Shown here piece after piece: positions 52,395-63,056 of a stretch of DNA of 64,000 nt. A program made the translations under genes and the position numbers. Below the pieces are notes generated by a model. That model was not told where the DNA came from and did not search any database. It saw nothing but the letters and a program-made list of their open reading frames with translations. The DNA comes from an uncultured Desulfosarcina sp. (GTDB lineage: Bacteria > Desulfobacterota > Desulfobacteria > Desulfobacterales > Desulfosarcinaceae): the NCBI GenBank assembly GCA_963674945.2, contig CAXXWQ010000001.1, forward strand, positions 96,001-160,000, read 5' to 3'. Positions within the stretch are counted from its first letter, which is position 1, and each line of letters starts with the position of its first letter.

Positions 52395-52470
52395 TGGCTC
52401 CCCAGCACGGACTCGAACCGCGGACCCAGTGGTTAACAGCCACTTGCTCTGCCGACTGAGCTACTGGGGA
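52395..52470 (-). tRNA. tRNA-Asn(GTT)
   Basis: TCCCCAGTAGCTCAGTCGGCAGAGCAAGTGGCTGTTAACCACTGGGTCCGCGGTTCGAGTCCGTGCTGGGGAGCCA; 76 nt with encoded CCA. Confidence 0.97.
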
Positions 52471-52717
52471 TTAGGTGCTCTTCCGACTTTACATCGCGCC
52501 CGAAGAAGCGTCATAAATATTAAAATGGGTTTTGAAAGTCAAGATTTTTTTATTCCAAAGCGCCTGCTTAGCAAAGGATACGAAGGTGGGCAATCCCGTG
52601 TCGGCACGTCAATCCATTCCATGAGATTGACCGGGTTCGTAAGTTCCTCTACAGTGGGACTGCGAAGCGGATCGTCGATGCGACCATCCACCATGTGATA
52701 AGGTGCAAGGAGGAAAC

Positions 52718-53632
52718 ATGGGCCGGGAACTGCCCAAATCAGTAACGCTGGTGGAGGTGGGGCCGCGGGACGGTTTCCAGTTCGAGGAGACCATCGTTCC
52801 CACCGACCGCAAAGTCGCCGTCATCCAAGGATTGGTGGCGGCGGGACTGAAGCAGATACAGGTGGCCTCCTTCGTCCATCCGGCCAAGGTTCCCCAGATG
52901 GCCGATGCCGACTCGCTGGTACGCCGGCTTCCTAAATACGATGACGTCGTGTACACGGCATTGGTGCTCAACCGGCAGGGGCTCGCGCGGGCCATGGCAT
53001 CGGGAATCGGGGCCGTGGAGATCTCCCTTTCCGCCAGCGACACCCACAGCCGGAAAAATGCCGGCATGTCCCATCCGGATGCACTCGCTCATTCCCTGGG
53101 GATGATCGACGAGGCGATCTCGGCGCGAATGATCGTTCGCGCCAGCCTCCAGTGCGCCTTCGGCTGCGTGTATGACGGTCCGACCGCTCTGTCCCGGGTC
53201 GAATCGGTGGTCCGCGAATTTGCGGACCATGGTGCCCACGTCCTGGCCCTGGCTGACACCACTGGCATGGGATCTCCCAATCAAATCAAGCGGGTACTGG
53301 ATACGGTCCTCCCCTCTACCGGACACCTGCCCATGGCCCTTCACCTTCATGACACCCGCGGTCTGGGGCTGGTGAACCTGATGGCGGCATTGACCCGGGG
53401 CATTTTCCTGTTCGACACGGCTCTTGCCGGCATGGGCGGCTGTCCCTTCGTGGCCGGTGCCGCCGGTAACATCGCCACCGAGGACACCGCCCATCTTCTG
53501 GAGACCCTGGGGATCGAAACCGGCGTGGACTATGACCGCGTAGGTCAAATTGCCCGGGAGATGGAAGCCTTTTTTCAGAAAACCTTTCCCGGCCGCATGC
53601 ATTGCCTGAAAACATTTTTCCCCCCGAAATAG
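52718..53632 (+). CDS. hmgL: Hydroxymethylglutaryl-CoA lyase
   Basis: EVGPRDG.Q, LADTTG, HLHDTRG and GGCPFVAGAAGNIATED. Confidence 0.9.
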   Translation: MGRELPKSVTLVEVGPRDGFQFEETIVPTDRKVAVIQGLVAAGLKQIQVASFVHPAKVPQMADADSLVRRLPKYDDVVYTALVLNRQGLARAMASGIGAVEISLSASDTHSRKNAGMSHPDALAHSLGMIDEAISARMIVRASLQCAFGCVYDGPTALSRVESVVREFADHGAHVLALADTTGMGSPNQIKRVLDTVLPSTGHLPMALHLHDTRGLGLVNLMAALTRGIFLFDTALAGMGGCPFVAGAAGNIATEDTAHLLETLGIETGVDYDRVGQIAREMEAFFQKTFPGRMHCLKTFFPPK

Positions 53633-53916
53633 CATCCCTTGCGCCGAATCTGATTCAATCCGGTTGTATTTCCGGTAGTTGGTCTTTTTTATCGGGTTTT
53701 CTTTAGTTTGGATGCGGTTTGCCGATATTTGTTTTAAGCCTTGGGGGGGTGTTTAAAAGGGGCGTTACCGGCTGTCGCGCTACTTTTGCAAAGTTCCCTC
53801 TTTTTTTAAACCCAATCACGAACACTTCCCCGGCATTTATGGAACAGGTCCGAAACACCTTCGACGGCGACGGCTGAAGCGGGCCAAATGCAAAGAAAAG
53901 ATCCATCAGAACGATT

Positions 53917-55485
53917 ATGACAGAAACGCCCAAAGAAACCCTTTTGTTTGTGGATGACGAAGAGAGCATTCTGGAGGTGGCCTCGGAATATTTCGAAGCC
54001 AAGGGATACGATATCCTTACCGCCCAAAATGGTCGTGAGGCCACCGAAATCCTCGCCGCGTCCAAGATCGACTGCTGTTTCACGGATATCAACATGCCGG
54101 AGATGGACGGCCTCGAACTGGCCGAACATATCCGTCAGGTGGACAACACCATTCCAGTCATTATCATGACCGGTTATCCTTCCCTGGATAACACCATCCG
54201 CACCCTGAAAAACGGGGTGGTGGATTTCTTGATCAAGCCGGTGAACCTGAACCAATTGGAGATTTGCGTCAAGCGCGTACTCAGAGAACGGCAGCTGTTC
54301 GTCAACAACCTCTTTTTGACCAAGGAAGTGGAGGGAAAGGAGCGGATCGAAGAACTTAATCGGGAACTGACGTACAAGGTAGAGGAACTCAACACCCTCA
54401 ACCGTATCATGACCGATTTTACCACCATCGGCTCCAGCTTCGATTTGTTTCGACGGGTCGTTGATCTATCCACCGAATTGACCCGCGCCGACGAGGCGAG
54501 TTTCTACGTCATCAACGAAACCTATCAGCATCCGGTTCAGGTGGCCCAGTCCGTGGCAAGGGGGGACAGCTCTCCGTTGATTACCTTTCCCGTTTGCGCT
54601 CCTTCCGGCGACGGGTCCACCAACGGTGATGATCTCAGCCAGCTGATCATGGAATACTGCGAGGAGGAAAATCCGCTGCTAATCCATGAAAACAGCAACG
54701 TGAGCGGTCTGCCCGAGGATATCCGCTCTTTGATGCTGGTTCCCTTGAACATTCGCAAGAAGGTGTTTGGGGTCCTGGCGGTGGCGGTGCGAAAAGGGTC
54801 GATTCGCTTTACGGAAAAGGACTTGTACTACATGTCCTTCATGACCAACAAGGCCGCCTACGCCATCGAAAATATCGCACTGTACGAAAATATTTATGAA
54901 AACCTGTTTGCCACGCTGTACGCTTTTGTCCGGGCCATCGAAGCCCGGGACCCGTATACCAAACAGCACTCCAACCGGGTGACCCGCATCGCCATCGAAC
55001 TGTGCCGGGCAATGGGCGGCACCCAGGAGGATTTGGATATCCTGGACGTGGCCGGCCAACTCCACGATATCGGAAAGATCGGTATACGGGACGACATTTT
55101 GCTCAAGCCCGATCGGCTGACCAAAGAAGAGTTCGACATCATCAAAGAGCATCCGGTGATCGGCGCCGATATCGTCGAACGATTGGGGCTGTGGGACAAG
55201 CAAAAGTACATCATCAAATATCATCATGAACGATTCGACGGCAAAGGATATCCCGAAGGGCTGGCCGGTGAACAGATTCCCATACTGGCCCGGATACTAA
55301 CCGTTGCCGACGTGTATGATGCCATCGCCTCCGATCGCGCCTACCGCAAACGCATGGAAGAGGAGAAGATTCTGGAAATCATGTATGGCGGGTCCGGCAC
55401 CCAGTTCGATCCTCAGGTCATTCAAACCTTCAAGATGCTTTACGAAAGAGGCGATCTGAAGGACATTGTCGATCCACCCAACTAA
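53917..55485 (+). CDS. Response regulator with REC, GAF and HD-GYP (cyclic-dinucleotide phosphodiesterase) domains
   Basis: FVDDE, D.NMP.MDG and KP (REC); GAF; LHDIGKIG and HHERFDGKGYP. Confidence 0.92.
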   Translation: MTETPKETLLFVDDEESILEVASEYFEAKGYDILTAQNGREATEILAASKIDCCFTDINMPEMDGLELAEHIRQVDNTIPVIIMTGYPSLDNTIRTLKNGVVDFLIKPVNLNQLEICVKRVLRERQLFVNNLFLTKEVEGKERIEELNRELTYKVEELNTLNRIMTDFTTIGSSFDLFRRVVDLSTELTRADEASFYVINETYQHPVQVAQSVARGDSSPLITFPVCAPSGDGSTNGDDLSQLIMEYCEEENPLLIHENSNVSGLPEDIRSLMLVPLNIRKKVFGVLAVAVRKGSIRFTEKDLYYMSFMTNKAAYAIENIALYENIYENLFATLYAFVRAIEARDPYTKQHSNRVTRIAIELCRAMGGTQEDLDILDVAGQLHDIGKIGIRDDILLKPDRLTKEEFDIIKEHPVIGADIVERLGLWDKQKYIIKYHHERFDGKGYPEGLAGEQIPILARILTVADVYDAIASDRAYRKRMEEEKILEIMYGGSGTQFDPQVIQTFKMLYERGDLKDIVDPPN

Positions 55486-55819
55486 GACACAAAAATATCC
55501 CACCATCTGCTTGCATCCTACCTTCGGGCTTTCAGGGGAACGACGTCCGGGACCCACTGGTCGTTCGGGACCAGTAAGGGACGAAGAGAGACGCTTTTGA
55601 CTCGTCCTTCGTATTTCATCCATCGTTTTTCAACTTCGCCTCCGAAGATTACGATTGTATCCCAACCAGAGGACAAAGAGGCTTGAATCCGTTCATCCTT
55701 CCAGAGCGTCAGCCCGGGACTTTATCATTTTTACGCAATGATGTATGAGACGGGCATCGTGAATCGTTTGCCTGTCCGCCTCCATTTCTGCGTTTTTTGC
55801 GGACGGCAAAAGGAGGGAT

Positions 55820-56362
55820 ATGCCGAGCTGGTCACAGCCCAGGGATGCAAAAGGATGGATCGTTCGCAAGGCGAGCTTTCGAGGAGCGGTTTTGATTCTG
55901 GCCGTCTTCACCGTCGGGATTCTCGAGTTTCGCTTCAGTTGGCTGGAGTATCTGGCCGGAAGGTATCTCATCGCAACCAATGTCCATCGGCCGGAGTCGG
56001 GCAACGTCTGGGACAGGGGGCGGATGCAGAAGGTGGCGACCCAAACCCTGGAGCAGATGGTAACCCACAAGATCGCCGTCCAGCGGGAGGCGCAGGAGGC
56101 AACCACCTTGCCCCAGTTGATCGCCGGCCTTTCCGACTCCCAGGGAACCATCATCTCCGCCGTGCAATTCAAGCGTCTCTATGCCAAAATCCCCCAAGCC
56201 GTTGCCGAGACCGTTTTCAGTCCCATTTTCATGCTGCGCATCAGCGCAGAAGGAAGCTGGGACCGTGTCTATCTGGAGCGGGAGGCGGAGCAGGTGGGCA
56301 TTTATCTGTTGGACCGCACAAACAACGTCCTTGGCCATACCACCGTTGGAGAACGGAAACTT
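55820..56362 (+). pseudogene. 5' part of an IS-interrupted membrane-anchored protein gene
   Basis: AAGGAGG RBS and TM helix; the frame continues at 58824 once the IS is removed. Confidence 0.75.
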
Positions 56363-58818
56363 CAGAACACTGCATCTCCGGGAAAACTATGTGACACCTC
56401 CGGCATGATTTGAGGTGCTGCAGCCATTTAGTTCGAATATCATTTGCAGCTCGGTACCGGGGTATTTTACCTGCGCACTGTTCAGATGCGCAAACAGTTG
56501 GCAAAGAGCCCGATTGGCCGCTGGGAACGAAGCGCCGTGCAATCGTATATTCAATTGCTGATTTTCAATATCGGGCAGTACATCGCCTTCGGTCTGGAAC
56601 AGTGTCTGGAGAAGACTCCGTGCATCCGACGAGTTTACCGTCGGACCCGTGAGCAACCCAACCATTGCCGTCTCTGCACGATATGCAATCATACGAACCG
56701 TGTCCATCAGGCGTTTTCTGCCCGGTTGTAAACGTAAAAATTTATCTTTTGCTTCAAGTTCTCCCCACGTGATGTGTTTACTTGTCTGTTTTCGTTTTTC
56801 TTTCAACTCGCTGAGTTGATACTCCATCTTTTCGATTTCTTCTAACAGCTCGGCCTTTTTCTCTATCCACTTCTTAAACTTTACCGGTTTGTCTTCATTT
56901 TCAGGGTGAATGGTCATCTCGGCAAAACAGGCACGACGATATCGTAGCTTGTTCTGCAACGAATTACGGGATTGATTCAATTGCCGCCAAACGGGGTTGA
57001 TTACCCGTTCGGTATCAGGAAATTCAACGACACCATAATCTAAAAGCACATCGATATCAAAATGTTGCATCATATAGTTGAAAAAGTTTTCCTGACACCA
57101 CCGGCTGAACATGCGTGCTGCCAATTGAGTATGCGGCAAATCGAAAGCGGTGCTGATTACGCTGGTCTGGTGTCCGGAATCGGTCAGTTTTCGCACTTGT
57201 CGCATCCATGTTGCACCCTTACCAGATCCCACCAAACTACCCATTTCGCAAAGCCGCATCTTCACCACCTCTTTGTTTGGCATCGCAACTTCATACTCGG
57301 TGAACCAATGCTCCGGCCATGATTCACCAGGATGCTTATGATACGTCATGCAGCCGATTCGATGGCGATCCCACATTTCCTTGAAGAATGTGGGACTATA
57401 TCCTTCCCTGTCGAAAACAAGAACGAACCGGCATAAACATGGGTTCTCTTGTAGTTGCTGCAAACCGGGTTGATTCGGAACGTCTTGCAACAACCGGGGA
57501 ACGATATCGTCTCTTAAAACCGCCAATAATCCAGGATCGATCTGCTTTTCGACGACAAAAAAAGGTCGGCCAATCGCATCGTTAACCCAATAGTCGGTAA
57601 TGCCCCTCATGCACAATCGTTCCCGGGACACGTAGCGGCGCGGTAGTCGGGTCAATTTTCCATGATAAACACGTACATGCCCGTCAACATAAAGCGCGCC
57701 AACCGATTCGGGCGCCTGTTCCATCCAGTATTTACCGAGGTATGCGGCCCACTTTTCCGCGCCGTGGTCTGCGCTCAACGCATCCATCTTGTAACGCAAA
57801 CAGCGAACCTCCGGTGCACGATCCAAGCCCAATAACTTACCAAATTCTCCCGGAGCATGGCCTCGTATTTTTTCTGTCGTCTTGATCCTGCATAAGGCCA
57901 TAAACGAAAGCAGCAACAAGACATGAAAGATCGTGTAATAGCCTTTGACTTGGCCGAGGAACTGTTTTGCGCCGGTAAACAACCCGTTTGCCACCAATGA
58001 CGGTATCGCACAAAGAACGCCTGCTTTGGGAACGTCCAGGCATCTGTCAAAACGAACCGGCGCACCAACCATTTTGCCCAATGATGCCAATATGCGTTCC
58101 CCGACTCGGTTGCAAGCCGTCCCCATACCATCGGCAGCAGCCATGTCGACCATGTCCCGATCTGATTTGGTTAGACACGGTTCACCAATCCTTGATTCGA
58201 TTAACCGACCATCATCTATAGCTTTGCGAAACGTATCGTATTTAATGCCAAGTTCCAGGGCGGCATCTTTTTTCGAGCACCCTTGATCCAGTAAACGTTG
58301 GGCTTGTTCAAGCACCTCAGGTTTGAAAACCTTGCCGCCGCGTCGTCCCCGCCGCTGAACGAAAAATGCCTCGGCGCCGCCGGACCTGAGTTTGTTCACG
58401 AATCGGATGACATTGCTCTTGGATACGCCGAATGTGTTTTGGATATCGATCTGGCGGCAAGCTCCGGATTCAACCAGTTGGGCTGTTATCATCCGAAACA
58501 TTCGTTGATCGCCTTGTCTGTGAGAATAAATCGGAACGGTCGATAGAAAATAGGTCCAGGTCGTATCGTCACGAAATACACTGACAAGCCCGTTGATTTG
58601 TCTTGCACCGCGAGGAATAAGTGGTAGTATCTGTTGAGGCATGGCATCCTTTTCCTTTCATTTATCCGCCAAGATAATAAGGTTAAAGGTGCCATGTTCA
58701 TTTTCCGGTTGCAATACCTTACCGGCCTGCTGGATTCAGACTCCTATCTTTCTGTTTTTCAACCACTTACATTATGTTTTGCTTGCCATATGCAACAATT
58801 AGGAAATCAAGTTTCCTG
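56363..58818 (-). mobile_element. 2456-bp insertion sequence of unclassified family; 5-bp TSD AACTT
   Basis: AACTT at 56358-56362 and 58819-58823; imperfect TIRs CAGAACACTGCATCTCC / CAGGAAACTTGATTTCC. Confidence 0.85.
56387..58642 (-). CDS. Large putative DDE transposase (751 aa)
   Basis: N-terminal HTH regions; LYVDGH, VFDREGYS and RWCQENFF (D-D-E-like). Confidence 0.8.
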   Translation of the reverse strand: MPQQILPLIPRGARQINGLVSVFRDDTTWTYFLSTVPIYSHRQGDQRMFRMITAQLVESGACRQIDIQNTFGVSKSNVIRFVNKLRSGGAEAFFVQRRGRRGGKVFKPEVLEQAQRLLDQGCSKKDAALELGIKYDTFRKAIDDGRLIESRIGEPCLTKSDRDMVDMAAADGMGTACNRVGERILASLGKMVGAPVRFDRCLDVPKAGVLCAIPSLVANGLFTGAKQFLGQVKGYYTIFHVLLLLSFMALCRIKTTEKIRGHAPGEFGKLLGLDRAPEVRCLRYKMDALSADHGAEKWAAYLGKYWMEQAPESVGALYVDGHVRVYHGKLTRLPRRYVSRERLCMRGITDYWVNDAIGRPFFVVEKQIDPGLLAVLRDDIVPRLLQDVPNQPGLQQLQENPCLCRFVLVFDREGYSPTFFKEMWDRHRIGCMTYHKHPGESWPEHWFTEYEVAMPNKEVVKMRLCEMGSLVGSGKGATWMRQVRKLTDSGHQTSVISTAFDLPHTQLAARMFSRWCQENFFNYMMQHFDIDVLLDYGVVEFPDTERVINPVWRQLNQSRNSLQNKLRYRRACFAEMTIHPENEDKPVKFKKWIEKKAELLEEIEKMEYQLSELKEKRKQTSKHITWGELEAKDKFLRLQPGRKRLMDTVRMIAYRAETAMVGLLTGPTVNSSDARSLLQTLFQTEGDVLPDIENQQLNIRLHGASFPAANRALCQLFAHLNSAQVKYPGTELQMIFELNGCSTSNHAGGVT

Positions 58819-58823
58819 AACTT

Positions 58824-59204
58824 ACCACCTCGGATCTCGAACATCCCATCGGGGCACAGACCCTGGACGATCTGCCTGAGTTTACGGGCAGAACGTATCT
58901 TGCAGATCGATTTTTCATGGTTTTGGACACTCTTCCCGAGGAGACCCAACGGGGGATACTGGCCCAACCCGAAAATCTGCTGGTCGTCGATGGCACACCC
59001 GTGCGCATCGGAATCGGCGATGAAGTACAATCCGGACTGATCCGCATCGGCGTTGAGATGGACACCCCCGGCGGCATCCGGATCTTCTCCACGATGGGGC
59101 AGGAGTGGGCCGTCTGGCAGATCCGTACGTTGCTGGAGCCCAGGCTGAACGCGCCACCGTCGACGAAAAATCCTTGGAAAACCAGCGGGGGAGGGGATCC
59201 ATGA
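58824..59204 (+). pseudogene. 3' part of the IS-interrupted gene
   Basis: TTSDLEHPIGAQTLDDLPEF... in frame with 55820; its stop overlaps the PBP1A ATG (ATGA). Confidence 0.75.
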
Positions 59205-61189
59205 CCATGGGCCTCCGCATTCTGCGGGCCGCTGCGGGATTTTTCTATCTCGTCATCGCTCTGGCAGGCTTCGGGGCAATTGGTCTTTTTTGCCTGTTTC
59301 TCGTGGCCGCCAAGGATCTGCCACGGGTCCCCGAACCCATCGCTCGTATCAACGACATGCCGGTTACCGAGATCTTCAGTGCCGATGGCCACCGCATCCT
59401 GACCATTGGCGGAAGGGAAACGGTTTCCATAGAGGATGTATCCCCTGTTTTTATCGAGGCGATCCTGGCCACCGAGGATCACCGGTTCTGGGAGCATCGG
59501 GGACTGAACAAACTTCGAACGGTCAAGGCCCTCTGGATCACCTTGTTCGAGCCGGGAAAGGTGCAGGGCGCGTCGACGATTACCCAACAGCTGGCGAAAA
59601 ATCTTTTCTTCGATTTCGAGCGTACATACATTCGAAAATTCCGGGAAATGTTGATCTCCTTTCAAATGGAGGCCCAGTTTTCCAAGCAAGAGATCCTGGA
59701 GACTTACATCAACCAGATCTTTTTCGGCGTCGGCGCTTACGGCGTCGGCGAGGCGGCGCGTACGTTTTTCGGGAAATCCGCCGGCGAACTGACGCTGTCC
59801 GAAGCCACTCTATTGGCCGGCCTTCCCAAGTCGCCCACGCGGTTGAATCCGTTTCGTTATCCGGAACAGGCCAGAAAACGGCAGAAGGTGGTGCTGCAGC
59901 GTATGGTGGCCACCGGTGTCATCGGTCCCGAGGCGGCTGCCGACGCGGCTGCCGCGCCGATCCATCTTCGGGATCGGGGGCGTTCGCTGCGGGTGGATTC
60001 CTATTTTCTCGATGCGGTCATGAAGCGGCTGGAAGAGACCTATGGACCGGAGGTCGTCTACCATGGGGGGCTGCGGGTCTATACCACCCTCGACGTCCAC
60101 ATGCAAAAACATGCCGAGGCGGCCCTGCAGGAGGGGCTGGCCCAATTGGACCGCCAGATGGACGCGGGCAAAACCTCCGATTCGTCATTGGCAGAGGATG
60201 ACAATGGCCTGCAAGGCGCCCTGGTGGCCATCGAGGTCCAGACCGGGGCGGTCAAGGCACTGGTGGGGGGGCGGGACTACTTTCAGACCCCCTACAACCG
60301 TGCACTTCAGAACAACCGCCAGCCGGGATCGGGTTTTAAGCCGTTTCTCTACTATGGTGCCATGGAACTTCTGGGCAAGTCGCCGGCGGACGTGATGGAG
60401 GATAAGCCGGTGGCCATCGCCGTGCCCGGAAAACCAAAGTGGAGACCCAGAAATTTCGAGCGAACCCACAAGGGTCCCATGGTCCTGAAAAGGGCTTTTA
60501 CCGAATCCGTGAACACCGTTGCGGCCCAGTTGGTGGAAATGGTCGGGCCTGAAGCGGTGATCGATACGGCCCGGCGCTGCGGGATCACAAGCCCACTGGC
60601 GCCGGTATACTCCGTGGCCCTGGGTACCTTCGGCACCAGCCCCCTGGAGATGGCCAGCGCATACGCCACATTCGCCGCCGGCGGTATCCACCATCGTCCC
60701 TACTGGATCCACCGGGTGGAGGACAAGAGTGGTCGGATATTAGAAGAGCACATCATCGGGGGCGAGCGGGTACTGGACGCGTCGACCACCTATCAACTGG
60801 TGGATATGATGGCCGGTGTCATCGACGAAGGTACGGGAAGGGTCATCCGGGAAAAGGGATTCTCCCATCCGGCGGCTGGAAAGACCGGTACCACCAACGA
60901 TTACAAGGACGCCTGGTTTACCGGTTTTACGCCGAATTTGAGCGCTTCGGTATGGGTTGGCTTCGATCGGGAGCAGGGGATGCGAGACCAAAACGGCGTC
61001 GGTATCACAGGCGGTCGCGGTGCGGCACCCGTCTGGGCAAACTTTATGGACGCGGCAACCCAGGGCGAGCCGCCCCGGGATTTCTCCGCGCCGGACGACA
61101 TCTATTTTCAGAAGGTGAACCCGGAAACCGGAAAATGGCCCGGTTTTTTTTCGAAGGATATCATTTCCGTGGCGCTGAAAAGGAGATAA
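59201..61189 (+). CDS. Class A penicillin-binding protein (PBP1A family)
   Basis: EDHRFWEH and GASTITQQLAKN (transglycosylase); SGFK, SVN and KTGT (transpeptidase). Confidence 0.93.
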   Translation: MTMGLRILRAAAGFFYLVIALAGFGAIGLFCLFLVAAKDLPRVPEPIARINDMPVTEIFSADGHRILTIGGRETVSIEDVSPVFIEAILATEDHRFWEHRGLNKLRTVKALWITLFEPGKVQGASTITQQLAKNLFFDFERTYIRKFREMLISFQMEAQFSKQEILETYINQIFFGVGAYGVGEAARTFFGKSAGELTLSEATLLAGLPKSPTRLNPFRYPEQARKRQKVVLQRMVATGVIGPEAAADAAAAPIHLRDRGRSLRVDSYFLDAVMKRLEETYGPEVVYHGGLRVYTTLDVHMQKHAEAALQEGLAQLDRQMDAGKTSDSSLAEDDNGLQGALVAIEVQTGAVKALVGGRDYFQTPYNRALQNNRQPGSGFKPFLYYGAMELLGKSPADVMEDKPVAIAVPGKPKWRPRNFERTHKGPMVLKRAFTESVNTVAAQLVEMVGPEAVIDTARRCGITSPLAPVYSVALGTFGTSPLEMASAYATFAAGGIHHRPYWIHRVEDKSGRILEEHIIGGERVLDASTTYQLVDMMAGVIDEGTGRVIREKGFSHPAAGKTGTTNDYKDAWFTGFTPNLSASVWVGFDREQGMRDQNGVGITGGRGAAPVWANFMDAATQGEPPRDFSAPDDIYFQKVNPETGKWPGFFSKDIISVALKRR

Positions 61190-62653
61190 GTGGTCCTATT
61201 CTTCAAGCACGTGGCCGTCCGGTTGTGGACGTCGCTTTTCTTTGGCAGCATTTGCACCCTTGTGGTACTGCCGCCTTTCGCAAGTCTGGTGGGGCCCGAA
61301 TGGATGATTGTTCCCGGTTTGACACTGTTCGTTTTCGCCTACTGGGTCACCGGGCTCGTGTTTCTTGCCATTGGACGCCGACAGGTTTCCCGGCTGCTGG
61401 AGGAGGCCACCATCTGGGAGCGGGCGGCCATGAACCGGGAGGCCCGCAAGGCCTTGGACCGTTCGGCGGCCACGGTGGACAGTTTTCTCTTTTCGCCACG
61501 CTCCCGCAAGGCTTCGGAGAGGCGGCTTTTGGCCCAGGCGGCACGGTTCCATATGGCAGACGCCGATTCTATGACCAACTTCGACGGGATCGTTCATGAT
61601 TACCTGGAGGGTAACCCGACGGATCGCGATGCCGCAGTCAAATGGCTGGAGCGAGTTTTGTCCCACGGACCCGCAGATCACCGAACCCATGATCTAACCG
61701 CCAAGATCGGAGCCGCCCATTTTGATGACCCCACCGTGATGAAGATGCTGTGCCGTTTCTACCTGTCCGAAAGAAGGTGTGATTTCACGGCACTTCAGGC
61801 ATACGGACATCTGATGGATGGCCACCCGTCCGCGGCCGGTTCCTTAGTGGATGACCTTGCCGATCTCTTTCTTTCCCATTCGCGCGTGGACCGACAGGCT
61901 CTTTCGGTATATCTGCACGTCCATGAAAAGGGCGGACGTCATGCCAGGCTCTTATCGGGGATCGCCGCCTGCAGCCGGAACATCGTGCCGGGACCCATGA
62001 CCCGTCCCCTTTTGGCACGGGCGGAAACGGTGTTCGTTGACATGGACCGCTCTCATCGCCTTGAACTGGCGGAGAATTTTCTGCCCGACGAACCAAAAGC
62101 GGCGGTGCTACCTTCACCAGGGCGGATACGGTCCCGTCGACCGGCATTGGGACCGGTTCTCCTTGCGATGGCAAGCAATACCAAAAAAAATCTTGCCAGG
62201 TGGGCCGTAAGAATCCCGGATACGTGCCGGGGTATCCGGAGTGGGCTGTGGTCCGAAAATAGCCGGCTGCTTTTCAAATGGACCGCCATGGGCGCGGCCG
62301 TCATCGGTGTGTGCTGGTTATTGTTCAATACACTCTCTCATCTGCGGCCCCCTGCTCCTCCGCCGGAACCATCACCAAACCCCGTGATGGTTCCCATAAC
62401 CGATCCGTTTACCATCCAGGTAGCGGCATTTCGGGATTCCGCGGAGGCAAAGCGCCATGTGGACCGGCTGAAGGCCCATGGCATCGACGCCTATTGGAAA
62501 CAGGCCACCGGAACCCAAAAGACCTGGTATCAGGTGCGCATATCTCATTTCCCTTCCAAGGAAGCCGCCCGGGCCGCCGGAGACGAAATGAAACAAAAAG
62601 GGCTCATCGCCGACTATTATGTGGCGAACTATAAACCGCCGGATCTGCCATGA
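61190..62653 (+). CDS. Membrane protein with helical-repeat region and C-terminal SPOR domain
   Basis: N-terminal TMs, a further TM, a Pro-rich linker, then FTIQVAAF...A...L...G...WYQVRI. Confidence 0.8.
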   Translation: MVLFFKHVAVRLWTSLFFGSICTLVVLPPFASLVGPEWMIVPGLTLFVFAYWVTGLVFLAIGRRQVSRLLEEATIWERAAMNREARKALDRSAATVDSFLFSPRSRKASERRLLAQAARFHMADADSMTNFDGIVHDYLEGNPTDRDAAVKWLERVLSHGPADHRTHDLTAKIGAAHFDDPTVMKMLCRFYLSERRCDFTALQAYGHLMDGHPSAAGSLVDDLADLFLSHSRVDRQALSVYLHVHEKGGRHARLLSGIAACSRNIVPGPMTRPLLARAETVFVDMDRSHRLELAENFLPDEPKAAVLPSPGRIRSRRPALGPVLLAMASNTKKNLARWAVRIPDTCRGIRSGLWSENSRLLFKWTAMGAAVIGVCWLLFNTLSHLRPPAPPPEPSPNPVMVPITDPFTIQVAAFRDSAEAKRHVDRLKAHGIDAYWKQATGTQKTWYQVRISHFPSKEAARAAGDEMKQKGLIADYYVANYKPPDLP

Positions 62654-62820
62654 CCCCAAAAATGGGTTGTATCAGTAAGGAAAAGTGTTTACAGTAAAAT
62701 TTCTTATTTACCCCAATCTTCAAAGGAACTCGTTCATTCAAAACCATTCATAACATATTTTTATAATAAGCTTTTTACGAGCAAGAACGGGTTTCACCAG
62801 TTCAAACGGAGGCGTCGATC

Positions 62821-63009
62821 ATGGAAAAACAAGATGTCATCAGGATCGCCGAGGGCCTGCGCCTGATCGAAGAGGGCGTGGAGAAAATACAAGGCGTGAT
62901 GAGGGAGAAAAATATCAAATCCATCAAGGAGATCGCCGCCGATCTAATCCCTTTCTTCAAGAAGGACGATGACTCGTTGACCGATTCCGTCATCAGCCAT
63001 TTGGAATAA
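62821..63009 (+). CDS. 62-aa helical protein upstream of hgcA
   Basis: GGAGG RBS; host-like codon usage. Confidence 0.6.
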   Translation: MEKQDVIRIAEGLRLIEEGVEKIQGVMREKNIKSIKEIAADLIPFFKKDDDSLTDSVISHLE

Positions 63010-63056
63010 TGCCGGATATTGCAGCGCCATAGCCACAGTTTCGGCCAGGATCGGAA

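Noticed and set aside
55530..55620. Hairpins after the HD-GYP gene (ACTGGTC/GACCAGT)
   Set aside because: No recognisable RNA family and no second copy; probably terminator-type structure.
63009..63056. ATG coupled to the upstream stop (TAATG), in frame with hgcA, with TAG at 63030: possible amber read-through
   Set aside because: No pyrrolysine machinery is visible in the window, and ATG 63057 is a sufficient start.
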